Source: Synechococcus elongatus PCC 6301 (GTDB taxonomy: Bacteria > Cyanobacteriota > Cyanobacteriia > Synechococcales > Synechococcaceae). Taken from it: 32,000 nucleotides of DNA. The position numbers were made by a program, and so were the translations under genes. The notes under the pieces were generated by a model. It had not been told where the DNA came from and made no database searches. It worked only from the letters and a program-made list of their open reading frames with translations. Location: the NCBI RefSeq assembly GCF_000010065.1, contig NC_006576.1, positions 2,580,001 through 2,612,000 on the forward strand. Direction: 5' to 3'. Below, one piece after another: positions 8,694 to 19,460 of the stretch (position 1 is the first letter of the stretch; each line of letters opens with the position of its first letter).

Positions 8694-8715
8694 TAAGTAG
8701 ATCTACTTAGTTTTT
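8694..8715. promoter_or_regulatory. Perfect 16-bp palindrome TAAGTAGATCTACTTA followed by G-TTTTT
   Basis: The palindrome at 8694-8709 is its own reverse complement. A T-run follows at 8711-8715 on the plus strand. It sits in the divergent region between the small membrane gene and katG. Confidence 0.3.
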
Positions 8716-8914
8716 AGGGTGAGTTTTGTAATCTTATCCTGCGCTTCATTAAATAAAGCGTGATCAAGGAATTGAATCTTGCAAAATTCCCCTATGACCC
8801 TAGTGGGGTTTGTGATGCAGTGATTTGCATCGGGAATGACATGGAGGGAATCAATACACCACTTGCTAACCGAGTCTTAAACAATCGATTACGTTCCAAT
8901 TTTGCTGCGCTTAG

Positions 8915-11131
<2,217 letters not shown>

Positions 11132-11150
11132 GTCTTAACTCTCTAAATCC

Positions 11151-11188
11151 ATCCCCACATTGTTAATTGCTGCGGTGTGGGGATTTTT
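11151..11188 (+). terminator. katG intrinsic terminator
   Basis: Perfect 9-bp stem ATCCCCACA (11151-11159) / TGTGGGGAT (11176-11184), followed by a T-run to 11188. Confidence 0.8.
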
Positions 11189-11210
11189 AGGAAGTTTTCT
11201 TTTCTAATAG

Positions 11211-11220
11211 ACGAATAAAA
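11211..11220 (+). repeat. Left copy of 10-bp direct repeat ACGAATAAAA
   Basis: Exact match to 12224-12233. It lies immediately before the ATG of the HEPN-like ORF. Confidence 0.5.
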
Positions 11221-11790
11221 ATGACTCAATATCAGGTTGATCAAACTGGTTTACATGAAAAATTTCCAACTCATCTTCATCAATCTACCTTTTGGGAAAG
11301 TCTAGGGCGTGTTGTTGCAACTTTTGGATATTTAGAACAAGTTTTAGGAAAGGCAATTTTTGCGCTAACAGCAACAAAAGTGTATGAGGAGCATGAAGTT
11401 CAACAAATTTATGATAAGTGGCTGCATAAGCTGGAGCATGCTCTAAAAGATTCTCTAGCAAATCTCATAAATACTTACGAGCAATCAGTAAGGGAGCATC
11501 CAGATACTACGATCGAGAATCTTGACGAGCTTCTACATGACTTGAGGGAAGCCTCAAAAATGAGAAATGTTCTTTGTCATGGTTCATGGGAACCACCCGA
11601 TTCAAACGGTGCTGCCATTCCATTCTTTGTTAATCATCAGATGATGATTTTTGACACTCCAATAGATTGCAAATATCTCGATCAAGTTCAACAGCATACA
11701 GTTGGATTAATATGTGCTGTTATCAATACTGTTACTGGGATAGGCTGGCAATTTCCTGGCTTGCTTAGTCCAGGCAAGCCAATTGAGTAA
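11221..11790 (+). CDS. Orphan HEPN-like protein (putative RNase, Rx4H motif)
   Basis: 189 aa with helical-looking sequence. R115-N-V-L-C-H120 (codons 11563-11580) sits in LREASKMRNVLCHGSW. The ORF is AT-rich (19-23 G+C per 60 nt in the lines counted) and has no HIP1. Confidence 0.6.
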   Translation: MTQYQVDQTGLHEKFPTHLHQSTFWESLGRVVATFGYLEQVLGKAIFALTATKVYEEHEVQQIYDKWLHKLEHALKDSLANLINTYEQSVREHPDTTIENLDELLHDLREASKMRNVLCHGSWEPPDSNGAAIPFFVNHQMMIFDTPIDCKYLDQVQQHTVGLICAVINTVTGIGWQFPGLLSPGKPIE

Positions 11791-11817
11791 ACACGTCCAA
11801 GCTTTTTGTGTAAATCA

Positions 11818-12201
11818 ATGAATCTATTCTTGTCTGGCATTGTGTATTTCGCTTCTTTTCAGGTATTGGCAATCGCACAGAACCCAGCAAGTTACACCAT
11901 CCCACTGGGTAAAACCATCACTGCTACTCCTAGTAATCTCACCATTCAATATCGATCGCTGGTTGCCGATTCCCGTTGTCCCACAGGGGCGCGATGCGTT
12001 TGGGCTGGGGATGCAGAGGTTGTTTTAGCGATCGCAGGCAAAGATTACAGCTTCCACACAACCCTAGAACCCCAAAGTCATGTTTTTGGACGCTACCGCG
12101 TTCGCCTCACTCAAGTCGATCCCTATCCCAGCCTCAACCCTCAACCCAATTCAAAACCCGCTGCTGTCACGATTGAAATTGAGGCGATCGCACCCAACTA
12201 A
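11818..12201 (+). CDS. Secreted hypothetical protein (127 aa)
   Basis: ATG 11818 (track start is TTG 11806). Signal peptide MNLFLSGIVYFASFQVLAIAQ. Motif DSRCPTGARCVWAGDAEV. Contains two HIP1 sites. Confidence 0.65.
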   Translation: MNLFLSGIVYFASFQVLAIAQNPASYTIPLGKTITATPSNLTIQYRSLVADSRCPTGARCVWAGDAEVVLAIAGKDYSFHTTLEPQSHVFGRYRVRLTQVDPYPSLNPQPNSKPAAVTIEIEAIAPN

Positions 12202-12223
12202 CTCCAAAACATAGCTGCTTAAA

Positions 12224-12233
12224 ACGAATAAAA
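12224..12233 (+). repeat. Right copy of 10-bp direct repeat ACGAATAAAA
   Basis: Exact match to 11211-11220. It lies 22 nt after the stop of the secreted-protein ORF. Confidence 0.5.
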
Positions 12234-12313
12234 GACTATAGAGATCGCATCCATGACACTCCTCAGCTCCACGATTGAATCATCACAATCTGCGAGCAAA
12301 GCGAGACCGCATC

Positions 12314-13510
12314 ATGGAAGTTTCGACGGGCTACCTTCCGCAGGCAGTCTTCGCCCCTGCCGATCAAGGTCATCCTGCCCCGCGTGTCTTTATCTCGCCC
12401 CAGCGCTACATCCAAGGGCGAGGTGTTTTGCGGAGTGTTGGCCGCTACCTCTCCCTATTGCAGGCAAAACGAGCAGGCCTGCTGATGTCGCAACGCAGCA
12501 GTCGAAATGAAGGAGATTTATTACTAGCCGGACTGCGATCGGCTGGTGTTGATGCTGTCGTCAGCACCTTTCAGGGCGAATGTACAACCGATGAAATCAC
12601 CGCTCACACCACCGCTTTTTCCAAAGAGCGAATCGACTGCGTGATTGCTGCGGGAGGTGGGAAATGTATCGATACCGGTAAAGCGATCGCGTTTCGGTTG
12701 GGGATTCCTGTCGTTGTCGTCCCGACCCTTGCCTCCAACGATGCCCCCTGTTCTGCGCTCTCTGTCCTCTACTCCCCTGAGGGAATTTCTCAAGGCGTCG
12801 AGTTCTATCCCAATAGCCCAGCCATCGTGGTTGTCGATACCGACATCATTGCCGCAGCGCCCGAACGCTACCTTGTGGCTGGGATGGGTGACGCGATGGC
12901 GACTTGGTATGAGGCGTCTGTCTGTCTTCGTAATCCGGCGGCTGTCACAACCGTGGGCGCTCGTCCCACCTTGGCTGCATGTGCGATCGGTGAAGTCTGT
13001 GCCCATACCCTCTTTCAAGAAGGCTGTGCTGCCGCTGCGGCTGTTGCCTCCAAAACGGTCAACGACGCCTTGGAGTCAGTGGTAGAAGCAAATACCTTAC
13101 TTAGCGGGCTGGGCTTTGAAAGTGGTGGGTTGGCCGGCGCTCATGCTGTCGCCCAAAGCTACACAGCGATTCCCCATGTGCGTGCCAACTACCTTCACGG
13201 CGAAATGGTAGCGATGGGGACTCTTGCTCAACTGATGATGGAATCGCGCCCCAAGGAAGCAACACGAGTTGCCGAGTTTTTTGCTGCTGTTGGGCTGCCG
13301 ATTCATCTTGGTCAACTCTCGCTAAGCAGTAGCGACACCCAAGCTTTAGAGATCGTTAGTGAAGCTTCATTAGGCTTCCCTTTTGTCGGTAATATGCCAA
13401 TGAAAATAACACCAGAATTTGTGAAATCTGCAATTCTTGATGCTCATCACCTAGGACTCAGTATACCCGAGCAGATCGGAGACAGTGCTTATCGACATCT
13501 ACAGGGCTAA
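12314..13510 (+). CDS. gldA: Glycerol dehydrogenase (iron-containing ADH family)
   Basis: Collinear with E. coli GldA as I recall it: ISPQRYIQG, AAGGGKCIDTGKAIA, PTLASNDAPCSALSV, GMGDAMATWYEA, VVEANTLLSGLGFESGGLAGAHAV, HGEMVAMGTL. ATG 12314 is preferred over TTG 12275. Confidence 0.92.
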   Translation: MEVSTGYLPQAVFAPADQGHPAPRVFISPQRYIQGRGVLRSVGRYLSLLQAKRAGLLMSQRSSRNEGDLLLAGLRSAGVDAVVSTFQGECTTDEITAHTTAFSKERIDCVIAAGGGKCIDTGKAIAFRLGIPVVVVPTLASNDAPCSALSVLYSPEGISQGVEFYPNSPAIVVVDTDIIAAAPERYLVAGMGDAMATWYEASVCLRNPAAVTTVGARPTLAACAIGEVCAHTLFQEGCAAAAAVASKTVNDALESVVEANTLLSGLGFESGGLAGAHAVAQSYTAIPHVRANYLHGEMVAMGTLAQLMMESRPKEATRVAEFFAAVGLPIHLGQLSLSSSDTQALEIVSEASLGFPFVGNMPMKITPEFVKSAILDAHHLGLSIPEQIGDSAYRHLQG

Positions 13511-13616
13511 ACCCAATTCCCATCAGATGAGGGCAATACAAAGATCGCTTAAAACTGAGCTTGTCTTAGGCAAAGGGTATGGTGTTGTCTTGAATGATTG
13601 TCACGAGGCTCGTTGA

Positions 13617-15257
13617 TTACTTGGATCCTACTCCGGCTGCCGCGATCGCGAAAGCCTGTTGACGGTGTTTGCGCAGGGTTTCGACTGGCAGTGGGCCGCG
13701 CAGATGTTGCCAAGGTAATGGTGCTTCAGGCTCCCAGTCTTGGAAAACGTAAAAATCCAGCGGTGGTAGTGTTCCTTTCAGCTCCTTGAAAGCGCGACGG
13801 TAGCTACCCAGCGATTCACCGTAGTGACGCACTCGTTCTAAAAGAGAACTGAGGCGGCGATCGCCTCTGGAGATCAGCGCTTGAATCACGGACCAGCTAT
13901 AACTTTCAGGCCGAAATTCGATGCCCTGTGGCCGTAACTGCTTCTGCAAAAATTGCAACCGCTTCTCCGCTTTTGGCGATACGCCCTGCCATTGGAATGG
14001 CGTCTGGGCTTTGGGAACAAAGGTGCTGCAACCATAGCTGAGCCGTAGCCCCGGTGCCGCTTTCTTCAGCCCTTTCAGCATCTCTGCGGTTGCCAGCAAA
14101 TCATCTTCCGTTTCGGTCGGGACTCCCGCCATACCGTAGAGTTTTAGCCCTTGTAGTCCACCGGCTTTGGCATTGACTGCCGCTTCTGTAATCTCAGCCT
14201 GAGCCAGCTTTTTGTTGATCACTTGGCGGAGTCGTTCTGAGCCACTTTCCACCGCGATCGTCAGTGACTTCGTGCCGCGCTGCGCCAAAATACTGGCAAA
14301 TTTTTCAGTGACCGTATTGGTTCGTACTGAAGCCACACTGAGGCGAACATCGGTAAATTCTGGCTGTCCTAACCGGTCCAGTAAGGCCGGAAATTCAGGA
14401 TGCTGCGTGACCGAAGCACCCAATAGACCAATCCGCTGCGTTGCCGTCAATCCGCGAGCGATCGCAGGTTGCAGTGATTCCTCAAGGCTGGCGGTACGGA
14501 ATGGCAGGGTCAGATAGCTGGCGAGGCAAAAGCGACACATCTCAGGGCAGCTACGCACCACCTCGACCATGTAGATGCTTTCCCAAGCAGCGCGAGGTGT
14601 CACTACCGTTGAAGCGGAGAGAACATTACCGCGATAGGTCTGCTTCTCGATTTGGACTGGAATGTCGTTATCGATGGGTTGGATCGTGGCGATCGCCCCA
14701 TCTGCCGCCTCATAAATCGGTTCGTAAAGCGCCGGAATATAGAGCCCTGGAACTTGAGCCAGTTGTCGGAGCTTTTCTGCTCGTGGGCGATCGCGTAGGG
14801 GTTGATAAGCGTCGATAAACGCGTCGAGCAGCACTTCACCATCCCCGACCAAGATCACATCGAAGAAATCAGCAAAGGGCTCCGGATTTGCCGTCAACGT
14901 TGGGCCGCCCCCAAACACGAGCGGATGCTCATCGCCACGATCGCGCGATCGCAGGGGGATGCCCAACTGCTCCAGCATCGCCAGAATGTTGACGTAGTCC
15001 AGCTCCCAGGACAGCGAAAAGCCCAGGAGTTCCGGCTGACGGGGCAGGGGTTCTGCAATATCTGTAAATAGGCGACTGACCTGCAGATCCGATCGCGCTG
15101 CAAGCGTTGCCCAAACAATCTGGAAACCAAGGCTGGTAATCCCGACGCTGTACTCGTTCGGGAAGGCAAAAATCAGCGGCACCGCATTGGCGATCGGTGT
15201 GGCCGGCTCAAACAACAGCGTTTCGTCAGCAAAGACGCTGCTTGCAGTTGAACTCAT
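13617..15257 (-). CDS. Radical SAM protein with N-terminal B12-binding-like domain (TIGR03960-like)
   Basis: CxxxCxxC cluster motif SCPEMCRFCLASY. N-terminal PLIFAFPNEYSVGITSLGFQ. ATG 15255-15257 overlaps the upstream gene's TGA (ATGA). The in-frame extension to 15401 lies inside that upstream gene. Confidence 0.9.
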   Translation of the reverse strand: MSSTASSVFADETLLFEPATPIANAVPLIFAFPNEYSVGITSLGFQIVWATLAARSDLQVSRLFTDIAEPLPRQPELLGFSLSWELDYVNILAMLEQLGIPLRSRDRGDEHPLVFGGGPTLTANPEPFADFFDVILVGDGEVLLDAFIDAYQPLRDRPRAEKLRQLAQVPGLYIPALYEPIYEAADGAIATIQPIDNDIPVQIEKQTYRGNVLSASTVVTPRAAWESIYMVEVVRSCPEMCRFCLASYLTLPFRTASLEESLQPAIARGLTATQRIGLLGASVTQHPEFPALLDRLGQPEFTDVRLSVASVRTNTVTEKFASILAQRGTKSLTIAVESGSERLRQVINKKLAQAEITEAAVNAKAGGLQGLKLYGMAGVPTETEDDLLATAEMLKGLKKAAPGLRLSYGCSTFVPKAQTPFQWQGVSPKAEKRLQFLQKQLRPQGIEFRPESYSWSVIQALISRGDRRLSSLLERVRHYGESLGSYRRAFKELKGTLPPLDFYVFQDWEPEAPLPWQHLRGPLPVETLRKHRQQAFAIAAAGVGSK

Positions 15258-16000
15258 GACCAATCCGTAACGGCACGCCAAGCAAAGCGAGGCAAAGCCA
15301 GCATCCGTCGCCAGCGCCAAGGCTCTTGGATTAGTCGCCAAGTCCATTCCAAGTTGAGCTGTTGCAACAGCCGGGGAGCGCGTTGCTTTTGACCCGACCA
15401 AACATCAAAGCTGCCGCCAATGCCCATCCAAATCGACTGGGGCGAGAGGTGGCGATGTTCTCGAATCCAAAACTCTTGGCGGGGCACTCCTAGACCGACC
15501 GGAATTAGTTGCGGTTGCTTCGTTTCCAAATCTCGCAGCAGTTGCGATCGCTCGTCATCACTAAGAAAGCCATGCTGGACGCCAGCAACTTTTAGCGTTG
15601 GATATTGTTGCTGCCAAACTTGTGCTGCTGCCGCCGCTACACCGGGCGCACCGCCAAAGAAAAAGACTTGCCAGCCTAAACCCGCTGCTTGGCAAATCAA
15701 ATCTGCTGCCAGCTCAATGCCGGGGCTGCGGCGCACTTTTCTGCCGCGTAGGCGCAGATACCAAACCACCCCAGCCCCATCAGGAATGACGAGATCGGCT
15801 TCGCGGATCGCCCGCCCTAGCTCTGGATCCTGCTCTGCCTGCATCGCCATTTCGGCATTGATCGTGATCACATGAGCCCCTTGCCCTTGACTCATGCGAT
15901 CGCCCAACCAAGTGGGATAGTCCGCGCAGAGATCGACGGGAAGCTGAAAGACTTTGTGACGCTGGCGATCGGGCACGGAAACCAAAGGCATGGAGGCCAT
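15254..16000 (-). CDS. WecG/TagA/CpsF-family glycosyltransferase
   Basis: VITINAEMAMQA, DLVIPDGAGVVW, FFFGGAPGVA, VGLGVPRQEFW and GIGGSFDVWSG are typical of the family. ATG 16000 (MASMPLVS) is preferred. The track extension to 16246 would cross the divergent promoter and overlap the neighbouring gene. Confidence 0.88.
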   Translation of the reverse strand: MASMPLVSVPDRQRHKVFQLPVDLCADYPTWLGDRMSQGQGAHVITINAEMAMQAEQDPELGRAIREADLVIPDGAGVVWYLRLRGRKVRRSPGIELAADLICQAAGLGWQVFFFGGAPGVAAAAAQVWQQQYPTLKVAGVQHGFLSDDERSQLLRDLETKQPQLIPVGLGVPRQEFWIREHRHLSPQSIWMGIGGSFDVWSGQKQRAPRLLQQLNLEWTWRLIQEPWRWRRMLALPRFAWRAVTDWS

Positions 16001-16102
16001 CCTGGACAAGGGCTGTTCGCTCCGGACAGATTTTGGGAGGATCAGACGATTACACGTTAATTCTAGGGAGTGAAGCGATCGCTTCGCTGCCACTGGAGAG
16101 CC

Positions 16103-19100
16103 ATGACCCCCGCACCTTCGCCCTCGGTTGAAGCCCAACTCGATCGCTACTACCAGCAAATTCAAGCGGTCATCCTCGAGCGTCAGCATCCGGTTTCGGG
16201 GCTGATGCCAGCGAGTACGGCGGTCAATACCCACGGCAACTATCAAGATGCTTGGGTGCGGGATAACGTCTACAGCATCCTCGCCGTTTGGGGTCTAGCG
16301 ATCGCCTACGGTAAGCACAGCTTGCAGCCCACGCGGGCTTATCAACTGGAGCACAGCGTCATTAAACTGATGCGCGGCCTGCTGTTCGCGATGATGCAGC
16401 AGGCGGACAATGTCGAGCGCTTCAAAAACACCCAAGATCCCCTCGACGCACTCCACGCCAAATACGACACACCTACCGGCAGCACAATCGTCGGCGATAG
16501 CGAGTGGGGGCATTTACAACTCGATGCCACGTCGCTCTTTTTGGTGATGCTGGCCCAAATGACCAACTCGGGGCTGGGGATTGTCTATAGCTTGGATGAG
16601 GTCAACTTTATCCAAAATCTGGTCTGGTACATCGGCCGCACCTACCGCACGCCGGATTACGGCATTTGGGAACGCGGCAACAAGATTAACCACGGCAACG
16701 CGGAGCTGAACGCTAGCTCGATTGGCATGGCCCAAGCGGCGCTGGAGGCAATGAGTGGCTTCAACCTGTCTGGGATTGAGGGCGATCAGTCTTCCGTAAT
16801 TCACGTCATGCCCGATGAGATTGCGCGGACGCGGCTGACCTTGCAATCGCTGCTGCCTCGGGAATCGGCCTCCAAGGAAGTGGATGCGGCCACCCTGAGT
16901 GTGATTGGCTTTCCCGCTTTTGCCGTTGAAGATCCGGAGCTGATCGATCGCACCCGCCGCAAAATTGTTGAAAAACTCGAAGGCCGCTACGGCTGTAAGC
17001 GCTTCCTGCGCGACGGCCACCAAACGGCGATCGAGGATACGAGCCGCCTCCACTACGAGCCGTGGGAATTGCAGCAGTTCGAGCACATCGAGTGTGAATG
17101 GCCGCTGTTTTTTACCTACCTACTGCTCGATGCTCTATTCGCAGGCGATCGCGATCGCGCCCAACACTACCGCGAGCGACTGAATTTTCTGCAGGTACGG
17201 CAGGGTGAATTTGGCTTGCTGCCCGAGCTGTACTACGTGCCGTTGGAACGGATTGAGGCGGAGCGGGCCAATCCCCGCAGTCAAGCGCGCCTCCCCAACG
17301 ACAACATCCCCTTAGTCTGGGCTCAGAGCCTCTACCTGCTGGGGCAAATGCTGGCGGATGACTTGATTGCCCCCGGTGACTTGGATCCCCTCGGGCGTCA
17401 CCTGCGATCGCAGCGACCTCGGCCCCAACCGCTGGTTCAAATTGCCTTGATTGCTGAGGACGAGGCACTGCAAGCAGAACTGGCGGTGCGGGGCATTGCC
17501 AGCCAAACCCCCAGTCAAGTGGCTCCGATTCAGATTCGTAGCGCTGCTGATCTGGCGCAGGTCTATGGCCAAGTAGGCCGCAATACCAAGCTGCGCTTGA
17601 CGGGTCGCCCCATTCGTCGTCTGCGCAGCCTAAGCACGGCGAAGGTCTACCGTTTGGCCGGTGAACGGGTTGTTTTTCTGCCAACCTTCCTCGATCAGCG
17701 GCAGTCCTATCTGCCCTTGGACTACACCCTGCTAATCGACCAGTTCAAGGGCGAATTACGGTACATCCAGCGCAACTGGGATGCCCTCGGCCGCCCGACC
17801 CTGACTTTGTTGCTCACTCACACCATGCTGGAAACGGGGCAGGAAGCGCTGCTCGATCTAATGGCAGAGTTGCAACAAGGCGAATGTAGTGGTGTGGCCA
17901 TTAAGCTGGGGCCACTGCAACAACTGCTGCGCACTGCTTCGACGGAACGCATCGATAATCTCCACGACTTCCGGTTTGTGGAAGCTGCGGTGCAAGATGG
18001 GCAACCCCTACAGCAGTACTGGCTCCAGCATGATCCGGCCTGCGATCGCCCGCTCAGTCGTCGCCAAGAATTTGATTTGGAAGTTGAGGCTGATGTCGAT
18101 GTGCTGATTCAGCAGCTGCGCGAGAGCGTCAACCTCTACGAACAGGTAGAGCTGTTGCAGGATTTGCAAGCGATCGCGGGTGAGGCTGCCGAGATTCAAC
18201 TCCACAGCGATCGCCTGCCCGTCAGTCTCACAACCTTGCTGGAAGAAGTCTATGAATGTGGGGCACAACTACGGCTCTGGGGCGTGGTGCGTCGGGCTGC
18301 CGGTTTGCTGGGACGAGTGGATATCAGCCTGGCGGATGCAGTGACCGATCTACTGGTGCGGCAAAAGCAAATTGCAGTCGGCAAAGCCTACAGTCGTGAT
18401 TCCTTGATTGCGGAGCCACTGACCACACCGGAACTGCAAGAAAAAATCAATCTCTACTGTCGTGAAGATATCCGTGAACGGGTTTTGACCCAAGAAATTT
18501 TGGTTCACCTCAATGTCTTGGTCAAGAGTGACCCCGATCAATTCCGAGGCTTCCTAACGCTGCGTGTCGGCTATCTGATCCTGTTGCTAACCAGTGACTT
18601 AGCGCAGGAACGAAAACTGACCCAAGATGAAGCCTACGAGCAGTTGATGCAGTTGAGTCCACATGAGGTCAAACAGCGACTGCGATCGGTGATCTTTGGC
18701 TTCGATACAGTCAATCAGTTGCTGCGTCAGCAAGAAAGCCTGCACCTCAACACAGCAGTTGCCAACATTGTTTGGCAATTGCCGGAAGCGAGCAGTGAGC
18801 CGGAAGAACCCGCTCAAAAAAACTGGCATCTACAACGGCAGCGAGAAGGAGCTCTCAATCGCGTTCCGACTCGTTTTTATCCGTGTGTTTGGGAGGTGAT
18901 GTGTCACTGCCGGGGCTTGGTGATTGGTGATAAGTTAGAGCGCCGCAATCGTCTCGATAGTGATCCATTACTGGCAGAAATGACACCGGGCGAAAAGAAC
19001 TTTGCGCTCTACATCGAGCATTTGCTCAACAAGATCGATGCGCCGGAATATCGGCAGATCACGATTGAAGCGCTGATGAGCTTGCATAGCTTCTTCGAAG

Positions 19101-19342
19101 ATAATCCCAGCCTGCGACTAGAGGATTACATTGTCCTGGATGTGTTGGTGGGTCATGCTGTGCGCTTGGCTTGGCTTGCGGATCATGCTGACCGTAGCGA
19201 TCGCTATGACGAAGATAAAGCTGCTGCTTGGCGGCAGTTCTATCAGCGATCGCCCGAGCAATGTCGTCGCTTTGTGGTTGAAGCCGTGCGCTTCTTGAGC
19301 GAGACAAAACAACCGGCATCTCCGGCTGAACTCCCTCGCTGA
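16103..19342 (+). CDS. GH15 (glucoamylase-like) domain protein, full-length homologue of phosphorylase kinase alpha/beta regulatory subunits
   Basis: 1079 aa from ATG 16103, with GGAGAG just upstream. Blocks WVRDNVYS, DYGIWERGNKINHGNAELNASSIGMAQAALEAM and GRYGCKRFLRDGHQT match my memory of the PHKA/PHKB GH15-like domain. Confidence 0.88.
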   Translation: MTPAPSPSVEAQLDRYYQQIQAVILERQHPVSGLMPASTAVNTHGNYQDAWVRDNVYSILAVWGLAIAYGKHSLQPTRAYQLEHSVIKLMRGLLFAMMQQADNVERFKNTQDPLDALHAKYDTPTGSTIVGDSEWGHLQLDATSLFLVMLAQMTNSGLGIVYSLDEVNFIQNLVWYIGRTYRTPDYGIWERGNKINHGNAELNASSIGMAQAALEAMSGFNLSGIEGDQSSVIHVMPDEIARTRLTLQSLLPRESASKEVDAATLSVIGFPAFAVEDPELIDRTRRKIVEKLEGRYGCKRFLRDGHQTAIEDTSRLHYEPWELQQFEHIECEWPLFFTYLLLDALFAGDRDRAQHYRERLNFLQVRQGEFGLLPELYYVPLERIEAERANPRSQARLPNDNIPLVWAQSLYLLGQMLADDLIAPGDLDPLGRHLRSQRPRPQPLVQIALIAEDEALQAELAVRGIASQTPSQVAPIQIRSAADLAQVYGQVGRNTKLRLTGRPIRRLRSLSTAKVYRLAGERVVFLPTFLDQRQSYLPLDYTLLIDQFKGELRYIQRNWDALGRPTLTLLLTHTMLETGQEALLDLMAELQQGECSGVAIKLGPLQQLLRTASTERIDNLHDFRFVEAAVQDGQPLQQYWLQHDPACDRPLSRRQEFDLEVEADVDVLIQQLRESVNLYEQVELLQDLQAIAGEAAEIQLHSDRLPVSLTTLLEEVYECGAQLRLWGVVRRAAGLLGRVDISLADAVTDLLVRQKQIAVGKAYSRDSLIAEPLTTPELQEKINLYCREDIRERVLTQEILVHLNVLVKSDPDQFRGFLTLRVGYLILLLTSDLAQERKLTQDEAYEQLMQLSPHEVKQRLRSVIFGFDTVNQLLRQQESLHLNTAVANIVWQLPEASSEPEEPAQKNWHLQRQREGALNRVPTRFYPCVWEVMCHCRGLVIGDKLERRNRLDSDPLLAEMTPGEKNFALYIEHLLNKIDAPEYRQITIEALMSLHSFFEDNPSLRLEDYIVLDVLVGHAVRLAWLADHADRSDRYDEDKAAAWRQFYQRSPEQCRRFVVEAVRFLSETKQPASPAELPR

Positions 19343-19460
19343 GCCCAGAAGATGGTTTGGGTTAGATGGCGACTATTGTTTCGATTGAGAAAGTCATCAG
19401 ACGGGAAGCAACAGGCTTAAGCCCTTTGTTGTAAAGGATCATCATCGCAATCAACCCATG

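Noticed and set aside
12524-13085. 164-aa minus-strand and 146-aa plus-strand ORFs inside gldA
   Set aside because: They are alternative frames of a gene with unambiguous GldA homology.
15258-15401. In-frame upstream extension of the radical-SAM ORF
   Set aside because: It lies entirely inside the TagA-like gene. The ATGA-coupled ATG at 15257 gives an N-terminus matching the family.
16001-16246. Upstream extension of the TagA-like ORF, and GTG 16070 start of the GH15 ORF
   Set aside because: The two extensions would overlap each other across the divergent promoter region. The internal ATGs (16000 and 16103) give family-typical N-termini.
16514-17684. Two 190-aa minus-strand ORFs
   Set aside because: They are antisense to the GH15/PhK-like gene, with Arg/Pro/Gly-rich junk composition.
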